Part shown: one piece after another, positions 25,001 through 38,170 of the stretch
Position numbering within the stretch: position 1 is the stretch's first letter
How the letters are laid out: the number at the start of each line of letters is the position of its first letter
NCBI GenBank assembly: GCA_051362555.1
Contig: CM120642.1
Location: forward strand, 28,024,001-28,088,000
DNA length: 64,000 nt
DNA from: Lingula anatina
Lineage: Eukaryota > Animalia > Brachiopoda
Direction: 5' to 3'
Notes under the pieces: model-generated
Told to the model about the DNA's origin: nothing
The model's database searches: none
The model's input: only the letters and a program-made list of their open reading frames with translations
Made by a program: the position numbers and the translations under genes

Positions 25001-26863
25001 AAAAAAAAACAACAACGTCGTTGACTTGACATAAAATAAACATAATTGGCATCACCATCGGTCTTCCTAGATTCCTTTCAGCCACAGCAAAATCGATGTT
25101 TTACCCTTTTCGAAGTTAGTAATTTAAGTCATATACCACAAGAGCGTACGAGTGTTTGTAACTAATTTTCGTTTTGAGTCCGAACCTTACGCTTGTTTGC
25201 TTTATGTATTGTATTTTTATATGGCTTAATAAATAGTGTGTATATATATAGGCTAGCGCACAATATAAATCTATTTAATTTCATGAATGCTATGCATATT
25301 AACAATGTTTAAAGTACAGAAATAATGGAACCTTTCCTAACATCATTCAATGAGGCAATGCAAAACAGATCGTTTATATCCATTAGATGTACACATAGCA
25401 GGCGTATGATTGACTACGGATAATGATTTTGATACTTTTATCAGTTAATACATGTATGATTAAAATAATCTCTCCAGTAAATACATGGAACTCTACGCTT
25501 TTAATATCCTTACCGGTAAATAACTCTATGCTTTTAATATTCTTCCCATATATTCTTTTAATATTCTGTATTTAACTTTATTTTATTTACAAATTAGTAA
25601 ACTTTATTTAATGAGGGTATAAAAACAAGGCCTTCAATTGCCTTCATGGTAATTTTTTTTTTCTCTCCCAAGGCTTTTATTAATATTCTTCCCCTAAAAT
25701 AACAGTATTTCCGTCTCTTTAATAGAGGCCGAGGTGGTGTCCATCCGCGCACTGACCCCGGACATCCAAGCATTTCCAGCCCAGCGCGAACTGGACGAAG
25801 AAGGCGACCAACACCTTCCTTTTCTTCGGTACCAGTTCGACGCACACGGCCAAAAGTTTGATCTTAATTTGGAGAAGAACAAGCACGTTGACGTGAGGAA
25901 CGCACCAGTGTATTTTGCAGGGGATAATGGCGAAGTGGCGAAGAGGTCGAACACACCAGTTGTATGTATATACATGTACTAGTATTTAATTATATATACA
26001 ATCGAGGTTTTAATATCCTTTTTTCATACAGTAGTGTTGTCAAAAGAGTAGTATGTTGCTCAGTGCCGTGTGTGCTCCCTCCCCCCCCCCCGCGCCCCCC
26101 CCCCCCCCCCCCCCCGGCTGCAATGCAGGATAGCGCTCTCATAATCACAGACTGTGCGAGACCTCAAATGCAGACCATAGGCATCGTTCTCCATTCTTCC
26201 ACCAGTGTAGTTCTTAATTTATGGACGTGGTAGGCTTTCGTTGGTGGTTATTAAGTCGACTATGGTGCTGGAGAAAACCCGTAGAACACCACGCACCCAA
26301 TCCATATCAGGATTGGAAAGACATGTACTAATATCAATATTGCCACTTGCTTTTTCCTTTTTTTTTGCAGAACTTTGCCCTTTACCAAGACAAGAAAAAC
26401 AACGCTGCAGTAGCGGTTTCAAACGTCAAGACGGACGGAGGGATGAGTAAACGTTTGGTAAGTCTCTCTTACAGCCTTAGATCTAACTTCATCGTGTCAC
26501 TGCATACTATCAAGTGAGTTCGTATATTTTCGTCATACACAGAGGTTTTTTTTAGAGTTTTGGGTAGTACATTGTAGCTGTATTTTAACAACCTTGTATA
26601 TTCTAGACTTTGATAACTACTTGTATTTTTACCTATAATGTATTAACTTTTTGTGTTACTGATCGTTTACCTTTAATGTCAAACCACACAGGAAGGATTC
26701 GTGATCGACAAGGACAATGTGTTTGAACTACACCATTTAGATGAAGACAAATACCTTGTAATTCGACAACCTGTGGAATCCAGACCCAAACCCAAACCCA
26801 AACCAGAGGCGGAACCTGAAAGGCGCTCTTTTGACGATACCTACACAGGTGATTGTATCTTTT

Positions 26864-26907
<44 letters not shown>

Positions 26908-29280
26908 GTGCGAGGCATTGTATGTTGGCTATAAATTCACTGTATATTATACTTGCGAGTGCCTTGGGCTACGCTACTGTTGACAGCACCCTTGAATTCG
27001 TTTTAATTAAATATATTTCATCCCAAAGGATTATAGTTAAAAAATAAAAACGCAGCAAGTAAAAGTGAAGTGTATGCGTAGGCTATATACAGAGGTTTTC
27101 GCTGGGTGAGCTTGCGCTGGGCAACTTTGTGTTGCGATAACGAGAGACATAAAGAAAAATTGCTTAAAATAAATCATTGGTCTCATATTTTGATTTGATT
27201 GTGACCTCACACAAAGACAAAATGTTGAATTTATGGGCATTATTTCATGTTTTAATTCTTACAAATTACCCCTCGATATTTTCGGAATGTCTAACATATA
27301 GTTACTTGCATTTTTATCCTAGCCGAAACTCGGAGACGAACCCTCCACCCTCTCCCTGCCCAAAGGACAGCCACCAATGGTGAGACCAATTTGTTACGCA
27401 GTTTACTGAGAATGCTAGACACGGTGGAGGCTAGGAAATCTGAGAAAGTTCTCGAGGCTCAAAAAAAGCAGACGACATTTAGCAGTAGCCACATCAACGC
27501 TGGCGTTGAATTGTTGGTTTCAACAGATGATTCTGTCTGGGATTATTTCATGACTCGGAATAACAATAACCAACAGGCGGCAGAGACCGAACTGAGAAAA
27601 TACTACGCTATTCTTGTCAATGGGGTAAGTCCATAACGTGTAATTTCACACTTTAGATGTCCGTAATGTTTTTGTGCTTGGTTTACACTGATAATGTTTA
27701 ACGTGTTTACTATCGAGCAGTTTTACTGGATTTGCTGAACACTGTAGATGATAATCTATTGAAGTTATGAAAGGTATGTAATGTAAAATTGTAATAATCC
27801 AATTATTTTGCACTGCAGGTTGATCTACGCTATCAGAATATACAAGACTCCGAGATAAATATCTACGTAGTACTGGCTGGTTATCTAATCGCGAAGGTGA
27901 GGGCACAGTTATACAATCTAATTTCAATTCGAACTCGCTTCACTTCTCACATAAATAATCTTGGATGATTTCCATGCAAAGTTGTGCCCGGTAGTCGAAC
28001 CAAGTCTGTTTAGAATACGTTTTGAGCCCGGAAATCGTTTTCAGTACGTGTACGTTGGTTTTATATCAGCAGTACTCAAAACGATCCTTCACATGTGCAC
28101 GTACTTTTTTGCATTCCCCTGCAGAACTACTTATCTGGCAAACCGTCCCAAAATACTTTTAACTGTTGGTAATGTACTCGTCTCTTTGATGTTGTATTTG
28201 TAAAATGATGTGAGATAATCGTTACATTGGCCAACAAAAACAAGTTGAATAGTCCGTAGTGATTCTCAACAGTCAAGGTTATTTGGGCAGAATATATTCG
28301 TTATTCTTTTAAATTATTTTTGATAATCAAAATAAGAAGACAATTGATTGAACACCCCCCCTTTCGTCCACCCATCTGCTTTTTCATTGTTTTTTCATCC
28401 CAGAATTCCAATTCACAAGTGTAGGGCCAGCTTACAAGCAATTAGTCCCCTATTAGAAGGACAAATTCACCGATAATGTTTGAAAAGGCAAGACAATCCA
28501 CGGGGGTGTAGATCTGTTGAGTATAAGTTGAACATCTACAAGGTGTCTCATAAAAAGAGTAGTATTAATTCTTAACTGTCTGTTTCCATCACATTAGACT
28601 CCAGGGCAATCCTCGTGGTTTAGTGGTAATGTGGTTGGATCGAATGAGGGCAGGGCAGCGGTAGATAACAACAAAGCCTTGGACAAATGGTGTGAACACA
28701 GAAAAAACAACTATGACAGTCTCATCGAACATGACCATGGTATGGCGTTCACCATGTAAGTATACACTTAACATTCGATATTAAATATATCATGATGTTT
28801 AATGTCCAGCACGCAATTTTGAATTCGTCAATCTCTAATATAAATTACTATCTCAAAAGCCTAACACGCTATTATGACAAAATACTATAATTATTGCTGT
28901 TTCTCTACTTCTCAGGCGTGACCTGGCACAATGGAATAACAAGGGAGGACTAAGTTACGGTGTAGCTGGCTATGCACCTGTGTCCGGCATCTGCTCTCGC
29001 AGCAGCTCGTGCTCCATCGTCGAGTCTCATGGTGGTTTCACCTCTTTTATTACAGCTGCACACGAGCTTGGCCATAAGTAGGTTGCTATTTTCTGCAGTC
29101 TCATTCGATTGGAATTCTTTAAAATAAAGGAACATATTTTTTGGTTTGGTTTCATTTTTGTACAAGGTATACCAAGCCTCTGATAACATAAACGCCACCA
29201 TTACACATTTTTGTACATTTACATGTAGGTGGTATGTGCATAATCCAGTAGATATATGATGTCATCCTTACTGTAATAAG

Positions 29281-29357
<77 letters not shown>

Positions 29358-30238
29358 TTTATTTAATTAAAAAAATAATTAGTAAATAAATAAACACGAG
29401 ACATGTGTGAACCCCAACTCTGAGTTTTAAGGGTATACCCATAAGGTATGCCCGATCATCAGGATGTGTTTATTTAAAAATGGTGTTTCAACCGTTTATT
29501 TACACGGCGTGGTGACACTTACCTGTACTTTGGCACCTGTGAGTATTGCAGTGTCATGCCGTTTTTTTTTTTTTCAGCTTGGGGGCCCAACACGACGGCT
29601 CGTACAGCACCGGTGGTTCTAACTCCTACGACAACACTGCGTGTCCTTCCAATGCCGCCAATATTATGGCGCCAGTTGCCGGAGGTTCCAATCCTACAAA
29701 TGGCTATTATTTCTCCGCTTGTTCCATCAAACAGTTCAAAAGCGGCCTGAAGTAAGTTGTACTCATTAAGCTATATGGGTGTACATGGAATTGACAAATT
29801 TTGAAGCGATTGGGACTTTTTTAAGCAATCTGTGGTAACCGGCCTCAAGGTATGTTTAAGACCCCAGTTCCATAGATTTTAGATCGATCTATCCCTGTGG
29901 GGAGTCTCACTTGATTACTGTCAGCTTAGCCGGCTTAAGCGTCTGTCCCGCCTACTGAAAGCTGTAAGGGGGTAATTAACTATGGTGCGCGCTCGGCTGA
30001 CTGCAATTTAGCGTGAACCCCCAGGGAGTTAGGTCGATCTAAATCTTAATCTCTGGATCGATCTAAATCTCTGGGAATACACCCTAAGTGAAATTTGCAC
30101 ATATGCGCTATTGATATAATTTGTGCTAATATTCTTCATACTAATTAACAAAAACAAAGTATCTTAATGAGAAAGTTGACTGATGATGTCAAATTACACA
30201 GTTCACTGCTCTTTTTTCTGGCCCCAGTTTCACAAAAA

Positions 30239-30329
<91 letters not shown>

Positions 30330-33300
30330 AGGTTCCCTGGCTAAGAATGTTATAAATTATGTCTTTCAGGGATGCGTGTTGTCTTAAGGATACTGGAAAA
30401 TACGAAAACCTTGAAGAGTTCAAGTCACATACTCAGGATTTACCAGGGCAGCTGTATGATGTGAATAAGCAGTGCAAAATGCTGCATGGTGAAGGCTCTA
30501 ATCCGTGCCTGGTGAGTACTCTCTCTCTCTCTCTCTCTCTCACTCTCTCTCTCAGCAATTTTTTTCATTATCAAATTATAATAAAAGAACAGGAGGTGTC
30601 TTCACAACCATTTCTTAACTAAAGCTCCGATATATTTTCAGAGCTTTATGTCAAACAACTTTTGTCAGCACTTGTGGTGTACTAACTCTAATGGACAATG
30701 TTCCACCGGCTACAAACCACCTGCGGACGGTTCTGAGTGCGCGACAGGAAAATGGTGTATAGAGGGCGTTTGCGTCAGCAAGGACACTCCTCTCAAGAGC
30801 AGCAAAGGGAGCAGTGGCCAAAGCACAGAGTGGTGTCCTTACGGCAAGTTTTTGTTATCACCATAAAAATTAAACGATTTATCGGAACAGTTATATTACT
30901 GTGTGTTGTGGTGTGAACATCTGGTGCAAGAATGATATAATACTGGTGCGTAGTCTTGCAGTAGAGACGTGTAGTTCTGAAAAAGAATAAGAGGCCAGTA
31001 TAATGTATAGTATTGAATTATAATTCTTTAAAATATTATTGATAGATAGAGTTGATATACATTATATAGGTTGGCCAGGAGACTTGTGCCCGGATGCAGA
31101 TGCTTCGGACATTAATGTGGGGAAGGGTTGGGAGAACTGTACAACTGCCATCAACAGAGAAGGAGACAGCTTTTGTGCAAGTGCGCAGAATTCAGCATCC
31201 GGTTTCTGCTGTATGCAATGCTATTACTATTCGCAGTCAAAATTAACTGGTAAGGGCCACTTTTATCAGTATTAACTGGCGTCTAATATCAATTTGCATT
31301 TATGACTTGTTCAAACTTATCTTTCATAAAAGTAGCAAATCATTCAGAGTTAGTTTCTGAGAGAAGAAAATGTTTATTCAGAATTGTTGTAGAATTTAGA
31401 GCTCGACATGTACATATGAAGGAATATATTGTTCATGGGATTAATAGCTATACAATGCCGGTTGCTAGACGAAGTCATTACTAGCAACCGGCATTGTATC
31501 ATTACATCCTGAGTTTTATAAGGTCCCATGTCGATGCGTGGTAGCTTATTTTATTTTTGAGCTCTTGCACCGTCAAAGGCAAGTCTGGATGAAGTTTATC
31601 GCACAGAAATGTTTTTGTATAAAAAAATAAAGTTTTTGAAAATCTAGTACTCCATTTATTAAATTCATTTATGTAAAATACGACTGGATAACAAGCAGAC
31701 ATAATGTAAATTTAAATAAGTTTTCCAAAATTTTGACCTCTTTGAAGGACATTTACATGCTTGTGTTTTCGTTAAAACCCGTGGCACTGTAGATGTACAA
31801 GCATTTTAAGATCGCTGAAGTAAACTTAACATTGCAGACACCGCTGCCCTTTCAACCGGTGTAAAAGGAATGACAGTCCTGGAAGTCCGGACACCCATAT
31901 GCTTAGTACAGGTTAGGGTTAGTTGGAGAATTATATAGGACGTCAGTCACTTGTATAAAGTAATAGGAAGCGGATCACATGTATGGTTCCTGGTACGCCG
32001 GCACGCAGAGGTGTACGGGAAATTTGGAAAAGCTGGCCACCAACGGTTCTGAAACTAAGATTAATTAATTAATTCATTGCTACCTGCTTATTTCAGGAGT
32101 GTGGGGAGAGTGGCAAGATTGGGGAAGTTGTAGCGCTAGTTGCGGTGGCGGCACTCGCACGAGATCTCGTACTTGTCCGACTACTGGCGCCTGCGCAGGA
32201 GAATCTTCACAGACTGTGCAGTGTAATACTGATCCTTGCGTCGTTTCTCAGCCGACCACTACTGGGAGTAATAATGGTGAGTGCCACTTTCATTTGCTAA
32301 CTTTTGGTGTACATTTTTTGACACTCTGGTTAGTTTTAAAATTGCGCAGGTTCCGAAACTAAGGAACAGGTCATTATATAAGTTGGTGGGTGGGGGTAGA
32401 GAGGGGAAAATGAGGGGTCCGTGGAATTATTGAAGCAAAATTTTGGAGGGGTCTTGAAATTTGAAAAAGATAGATATGGGGGGTCTTGAGGCCTTTTTTA
32501 TGTGACTTGCCATACAAGCCACAGTGAAAAATGTAAATAATTTTGTACATTTCGCATATTTTTATTGCGGGGGCTCATATTTTTCAATCAGTCCAAAAAA
32601 TATGATGCTATCAGGGGTGCTTTCGAATTTTTTTTTTTGGGGGGGGGGGTGGAGGGGGAAATAACAGGCAATCTCTCTCCCCCCCCCCCCCCCCCGCCCT
32701 CCGGCTTAAATAATGACCGGTCCCTAACGTCGTCCCCAGTTGCCGACAAGTTTAGTTTCGGCAATATTATTTTCAAGTTTTAAATAGCTTGGATCCTAAA
32801 GCTCCTAACCAAGGTCTTGTTTTCGGAGTACCAGTACATAATTCAAAATCACAGCACATATAAGCACCCGTATACAATTAAACGTTCCAGTGGAAGGAAT
32901 ATCAATAAAGTATTTTTTCTTTCAATCAACAGCTTATATTAAATTTTAATTAAAAAATTACTTTATTAAAAAAAAAATAACACAGCGGTTGAAATTCTTC
33001 TCTAAGAGGATATCAATATTTCATACATCAATCATTAAAAAAAGTATTGGCATTTCTCAACTCATCTTTACTTCCCGGCAATGTAATTACAGTACCAGGA
33101 ACATGGGGCGCTTGGAGTGGATGGTCATCCTGTTCTCAGACGTGTGGCGGAGGTACTAGGTCAAGGTCGAGAGAATGCGGAGACGGCTCATCCTGCAGCG
33201 GCGAGGCATCGGAATCTGAGAGCTGTAATACTGAAACTTGTGCAGGTATGAATTAATACGAAAAGGTTATATATATATATAGATATATAGATATATAGAA

Positions 33301-35262
33301 TTAATACGAAAAATTTATATATTCATACAAAGACGCATATCTATAGAAAAAATGCTGATGACAAGAACTTAAATTGCGCCCATGTCTAAACATCTTACAA
33401 CCACTTGCCTATAAATGCTCGAATAACTTTACCACAGAGCCAGTCAACTTTGCCACTCACAAATGCACATTTTCCTCCAAAAAATACCTTCTTATTTACT
33501 TTCAGCTTTTATTTCTTAAATGCCTTGTTATAGGCCTTATACCATATTAACTAATCTTAGAATTGCGTTTAAATGTCCATTTTGAAACTTTGCAACTTTG
33601 GTTCTACTGGTACAGGTACCCCGGTATATGTTACGTCATACATATGTACCGGTAACTGCTACCCATGCCGTGTAATTATCTCCCCCCCCACCCCCCACCC
33701 TTGACGTAGAGGAAAGTGATACCCTTGCATCGTAGTTTTTATAGGGTTCACATTAACTGACCTTCATTTCGAAATGCGTTTGTAGCGCCCTCTTGGGGCC
33801 CCTGGGGCGGATGGTCAACTTGCACCAAGACATGTGGCGGCGGTACCCGGTCCAGAGACAGATCCTGTGAAAGCGGTTCTTCATGCGACGGCGTGTCTTC
33901 CGAGACTCAGGAGTGTAACACCAATGAGTGCCCAGGTATATGGTGAACATGCATCGTCATGCATGTGCTTTGACTCTGATTACAGAGCATTAAAATTATG
34001 TTACTTAGAAAAGTGTGTTGTTCTCTAACCTTGCCAACTTTAACTTCAAATACTTTGGATTGGTCCGAGTATGATCACAATTCTGTAGTGTAGGTGACGA
34101 TAAGTTCCATGTGGAACCAATTTGATATTATATCGTCAGAGACTTGAAATCATTTATGATACACGTGAGTCATCTGGTTTTTGTACTTAAATAACCATCC
34201 GTTGTGCCACTAGAAAAAAAAAGGGAGTCGCAAATAAAAGAAATAAGCAGTGCAAGTACTGTAATCGATATTTGTCGGAGGTAGAAATTGAATAGTTACC
34301 GTCAGTGTCAACAACAATTACATAGGCCAATTTGGGTAGTTTGTTTACAATCTATATGCATTTCAAAAAGTTCTTGCAACGGATCTAAGAAATTTTTGTT
34401 CTTTAATTCTTATAAAACGTTGTTTGAAATGTATTTTCTCAAGTTTTGCTTCCTCTGTTACAAATATACCCAGTATGTACATGATGACACATAACGGTGT
34501 TTTCTGTCACTATTATTTTTATTCAAGCAAAGCGCGTTTTCCATAAATCCGATCTTTTTCTCTGATTTCAGTATCTTCCGTGGACGGTAATTGGGGTGGC
34601 TGGGGACCTTGGTCTGCATGCAGCGCCACCTGCGGTTCCGGAAAAAAGACTCGAACCAAAGCGTGCGATAACCCAGCGCCATCTAACGGTGGATCGTGGT
34701 GTTGTTATAACGGCTGGTGTCAGTTTAACAGTTTGAAAAGCACCGAGTTCTGTAACGCTGGCCCATGTGGTGGAGGTGAGTTCAAAGTATTCCTCAGTTG
34801 AAAGTGCTTCTTGAGACAATGGGTATACTTTTTATTTTAATGGACCTGAAATGATAGATTATATTTATTGTTTATTTCTTTACTTTCATGCCCACATCAC
34901 CTATTTCTAGAAGGTTCCAAAAATATTTTGGAAAACAACGTTTGTCAAGTATTGCAGCAAGCCAAATGCTTTATTTCTCCTGCTTCTAATTACGTACGGC
35001 GGTGATAATAAATTTGTTTAGAACTAAGTAATTTGATAGAGATGGTACAAACTGGCCGCCGTTCGTATCTTTACGTTATGAGCTAATGCATACACCACTA
35101 TTTTAATTGATCTGAGATGATTTTCAAGGTTCACTTTTATCTCTAGGTTCGTGCACAGATAAAAGATTCTGCAGAACCTTTGACAGAAGAATTTTCAAAA
35201 TGTACTGCGTAAAGTCAAAGGCTTTGAAAGATTTCTGCTGTTTGTCGTGTAGTGGTGTCTGA
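22099..35262 (+). CDS. ADAMTS/MIG-17-like M12B zinc metalloprotease 1, about 922 aa, 17 coding exons (SP, prodomain, reprolysin, disintegrin-like, PLAC-like, 4x TSP1, PLAC/ShK-like)
   Basis: Exons 22099-22186, 25726-25961, 26371-26457, 26692-26848, 27323-27624, 27819-27896, 28598-28755, 28916-29077, 29578-29751, 30370-30511, 30642-30843, 31070-31249, 32097-32276, 33093-33245, 33786-33935, 34572-34775 and 35147-35262 join in frame. Motifs: zinc site HELGHNLGAQHD, Met-turn [32 protein letters not shown] and WxxWxxCSxxCGGG repeats. Confidence 0.9.
24576..24700. mobile_element. Partial MITE of the same family as 39442-39666
   Basis: gggctcattcccattaaatctatcggt...ttaacagattaacacgcctcctcctggcggtgagt aligns with the left arm of the 39442 element. 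Confidence 0.55.
29283..29355. repeat. (AT)n microsatellite
   Basis: Direct reading; a second long (AT)n tract lies at about 30256-30326. Confidence 0.9.
29860..30085. mobile_element. MITE-like palindromic element
   Basis: Imperfect terminal inverted repeats: ttccatagattttagatcgatctatccct at the left, gatcgatctaaatctctgggaa at the right (right motif duplicated). Confidence 0.55.
31450..31499. repeat. Perfect 19-bp inverted repeat with 12-nt loop
   Basis: atacaatgccggttgctag / acgaagtcatta / ctagcaaccggcattgtat. Confidence 0.9.
32361..32727. mobile_element. Non-autonomous TIR element (MITE)
   Basis: The ends aaggaacaggtcattatataag and cttaaataatgaccggtcccta are imperfect reverse complements, with G-rich and C-rich subterminal runs. 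Confidence 0.6.
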
Positions 35263-36439
35263 CACCTGGGCTGTGAACAAAAAGTAAGTACTTTTTAATA
35301 CGGTACAATCAATGTATTATATCTGCTCAAGTGAAACGGGCTTTATATCTATCGCTCTCTTGAAAATTCGTGTTTTATATGTACTTAGTACCATATACAT
35401 TTAAAACTTATATTGTGGTCTTTCATGATGATATTGTAAAACACCTTTAATATAATATATTATTTTATTCCATATTTTAGGTCGAACAACGATTCAAGAC
35501 AAAAAGACAGGAAAACGATAAAAAGGAATCAAATGGACTTTCAGAGCTTCTACACTTTTGCAGACGCGTTGTTTAAAAAATGTGAAAAGATTCTGCATGA
35601 TAACCTTATACAGTTTGTACTAGTATGATTTATTGAACAGCAGTCCGTCACAAACTAGCAAAGCAGAGTAGACCCTCACAACAATCACACCAGTAGCATT
35701 ACCGATATTTTGTTGTACGGATCGCTGTTTTACTGCGTGCATAATATCCTTAGATAGAATCTTTATGAGATACCACAATCTCACGCTATCCACGCCTTTA
35801 ATATGTATGTATAAAACTAAACTGAACTACGGCTTAATTATCACAATTATTTCTCATTTAAGGTTTGATGATTAATTCTTCTTATATGTGCTAATTGCAC
35901 TCTGTTAATTCGCATCATATTACAAAAACCCAAGATTTATATACACGTAGGATAATACGTCATTACATTATTTTTTATGACAACTTTTCCTTACATCTTT
36001 TACTCACGTTTTTTAAATCTCAGAGATTTTTGAGATAGTCTTTGAAATAAAATACAGGCATCTTTTCGTTTTAAAATGATAGCGTTCTTTAGACTTAATG
36101 TGTGTGTAGTGTTGTTGCCATACCTTTGCTCATAAAATATGGTAAATTATTTCATAGTTCTATGAAATATAGACTTATTGTGTGGTAAAAATGCGAATTG
36201 AAATGATGAATATGACGACGTCTTTTTAATTCAGTGAAAATATATGTATTACACGTATGTGTAATTATATCTAAGTTTATAATTAACTAAATAATGTTCA
36301 ATGAAATCAGCTCTAAAACATACGAGATTGTAATCAGTGGTCTAATCAAAGTGTAAAGCCGGGTGTTTTCAAAGAGTATATCCTCCGGTTGACTAAGGTA
36401 AGTTAAAAAGAAAAGAAAACCATAAAAATGCGTTTCTTT

Positions 36440-36540
36440 TTTTATTTTATTTTATTTTATTTTATTTTATTTTATTTTATTTTATTTTATTTTAATTTAT
36501 TTTAATTTATTTTATTTTATTTTATTTTATTTTATTTTTA
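36440..36540. repeat. (TTTTA)n microsatellite
   Basis: Direct reading. Confidence 0.9.
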
Positions 36541-38121
36541 TTTGTTTGGTTGGATGGATGGACAGACACATTTATTTCACATTGCCGATTTGCAGGAAAG
36601 TATCAAAATATCAAACTGAAAATTAAAACTAATAACATAAACAAAATAAATTAAAAAAGCACATGCATATAGGGGAAGCAGGGGAGCGTTACCGTAAACA
36701 TTTTCGTTTACTGAAGTATTGTTAGTCAATTAATTGCCTTTCTTCCCAAAATTTCGATGAAATTTATATTAAATAATTTGATTAAATGATTAAATGATTT
36801 GATTAAAATCGCATCAAAGTTAAATGACAAAAAAAAAAAAAAAAAAAAAAAAAAGATCCCGTTCAAGTTGCTATTTACTGCTGAAGAATTTTCAGGAAAA
36901 TAAGACAGTCATTCTATATGAGCACGTTAGTGACGATCTGCTACAGTAGGATTAACAACAAGTTGAAATAAAGACCACTCGTTGAAATAAATGCGACGAC
37001 GCGCGGTTTGTGATTTAATTGAACTGTTAAATGAATTTGTTCTAATTGAAATGTATAGACGAAAAGGGAACTCGCATTTTCATGGTCGGATTAAAGTTTT
37101 TTAAAGATAGTTAGCCCAATTTGTTAACACAATAAGCTAATAAGTATATAAAGATGTCATAGTCGAGAATTTCAACTTATACTTATCGATGAGTAATCTA
37201 CAGGTATGTTTCTTGTTATATTACCTGACACTTTTAACCTGACTTTTAACCCCACATAATCATACAAGGAATTTCAACAACAATCCAAGAGACGGAGTTT
37301 CGATCAAGTCCAGAGTTTGACTGCAAATATGAATTCGTGCATACCAACACAAGAAGTGGCTTTTCTTGCGCGAGAGTGCAAACAAAAATTACGTCCTTGT
37401 CAACATTTGCTGTTGCGTTTAAAGTTATCAAATGAAGATCGTGGCCATTTTACCTTGTTTCACGGACATTCGCCGGACATCACGTCGTTAAAACTGAAGT
37501 GGACCCGCAACTTGATGTGCTTTGCAAGGGGGATAAAAAATTCATGGACAAATGATGAGGTCACTTTCGAAGCACCCTTCAAAAAGGAGCCTTTTAAGCC
37601 ACAATTGTCATTTGAATAATAATAATAATAATTATTATTATTATTATTATTATTATTGTTATTATTATTATTATTGTGCGCATTAACAGCAAGGGAAGGG
37701 AATCTCCGGCGAGAATTTTTTAAACGCCTTTTGGTCCTCTCCACAACAGGTAGATAAGTATAAAATTATCTTCAGCATGGGTCATTTACATTCGAAAAAT
37801 CATATCTTTTCATATTGACAATATGTTAGAACGTGAAGTTCTACACGACTTTTGTCCATTAAAGTCTATTACCACTGCTGAGGTTATATTTTATACTTTC
37901 TGCAAAATTAGTATTGGGGAGACAAGTAAATGTCTTATACATTACTTGAAGTACAGTGCCCATACCCTGGTCACATAATCAAACTAAAAAGCGGACCACT
38001 CATATGAACACTGATTTAAACATTCCGCAACATTTTGATCACCCCCCCCCCCCCCCACCTAAATTCACTTCTTAATAAAGAGGTCCCACCAATGGTCATG
38101 ACCCATGCCTCAATGGGGGCC

Positions 38122-38128
38122 TATAAAA
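38122..38128 (+). promoter_or_regulatory. TATA box of metalloprotease gene 2
   Basis: cTATAAAAg about 49 nt upstream of ATG 38171. Confidence 0.65.
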
Positions 38129-38170
38129 GGTGTAGCCAGTAGCCCCAGCGGCACCAGAAGTGAATGAGAT

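Noticed and set aside
31912-31923. ggttagggttag as an interstitial telomere
   Set aside because: Only about two units, and they lie inside a dispersed repeat family.
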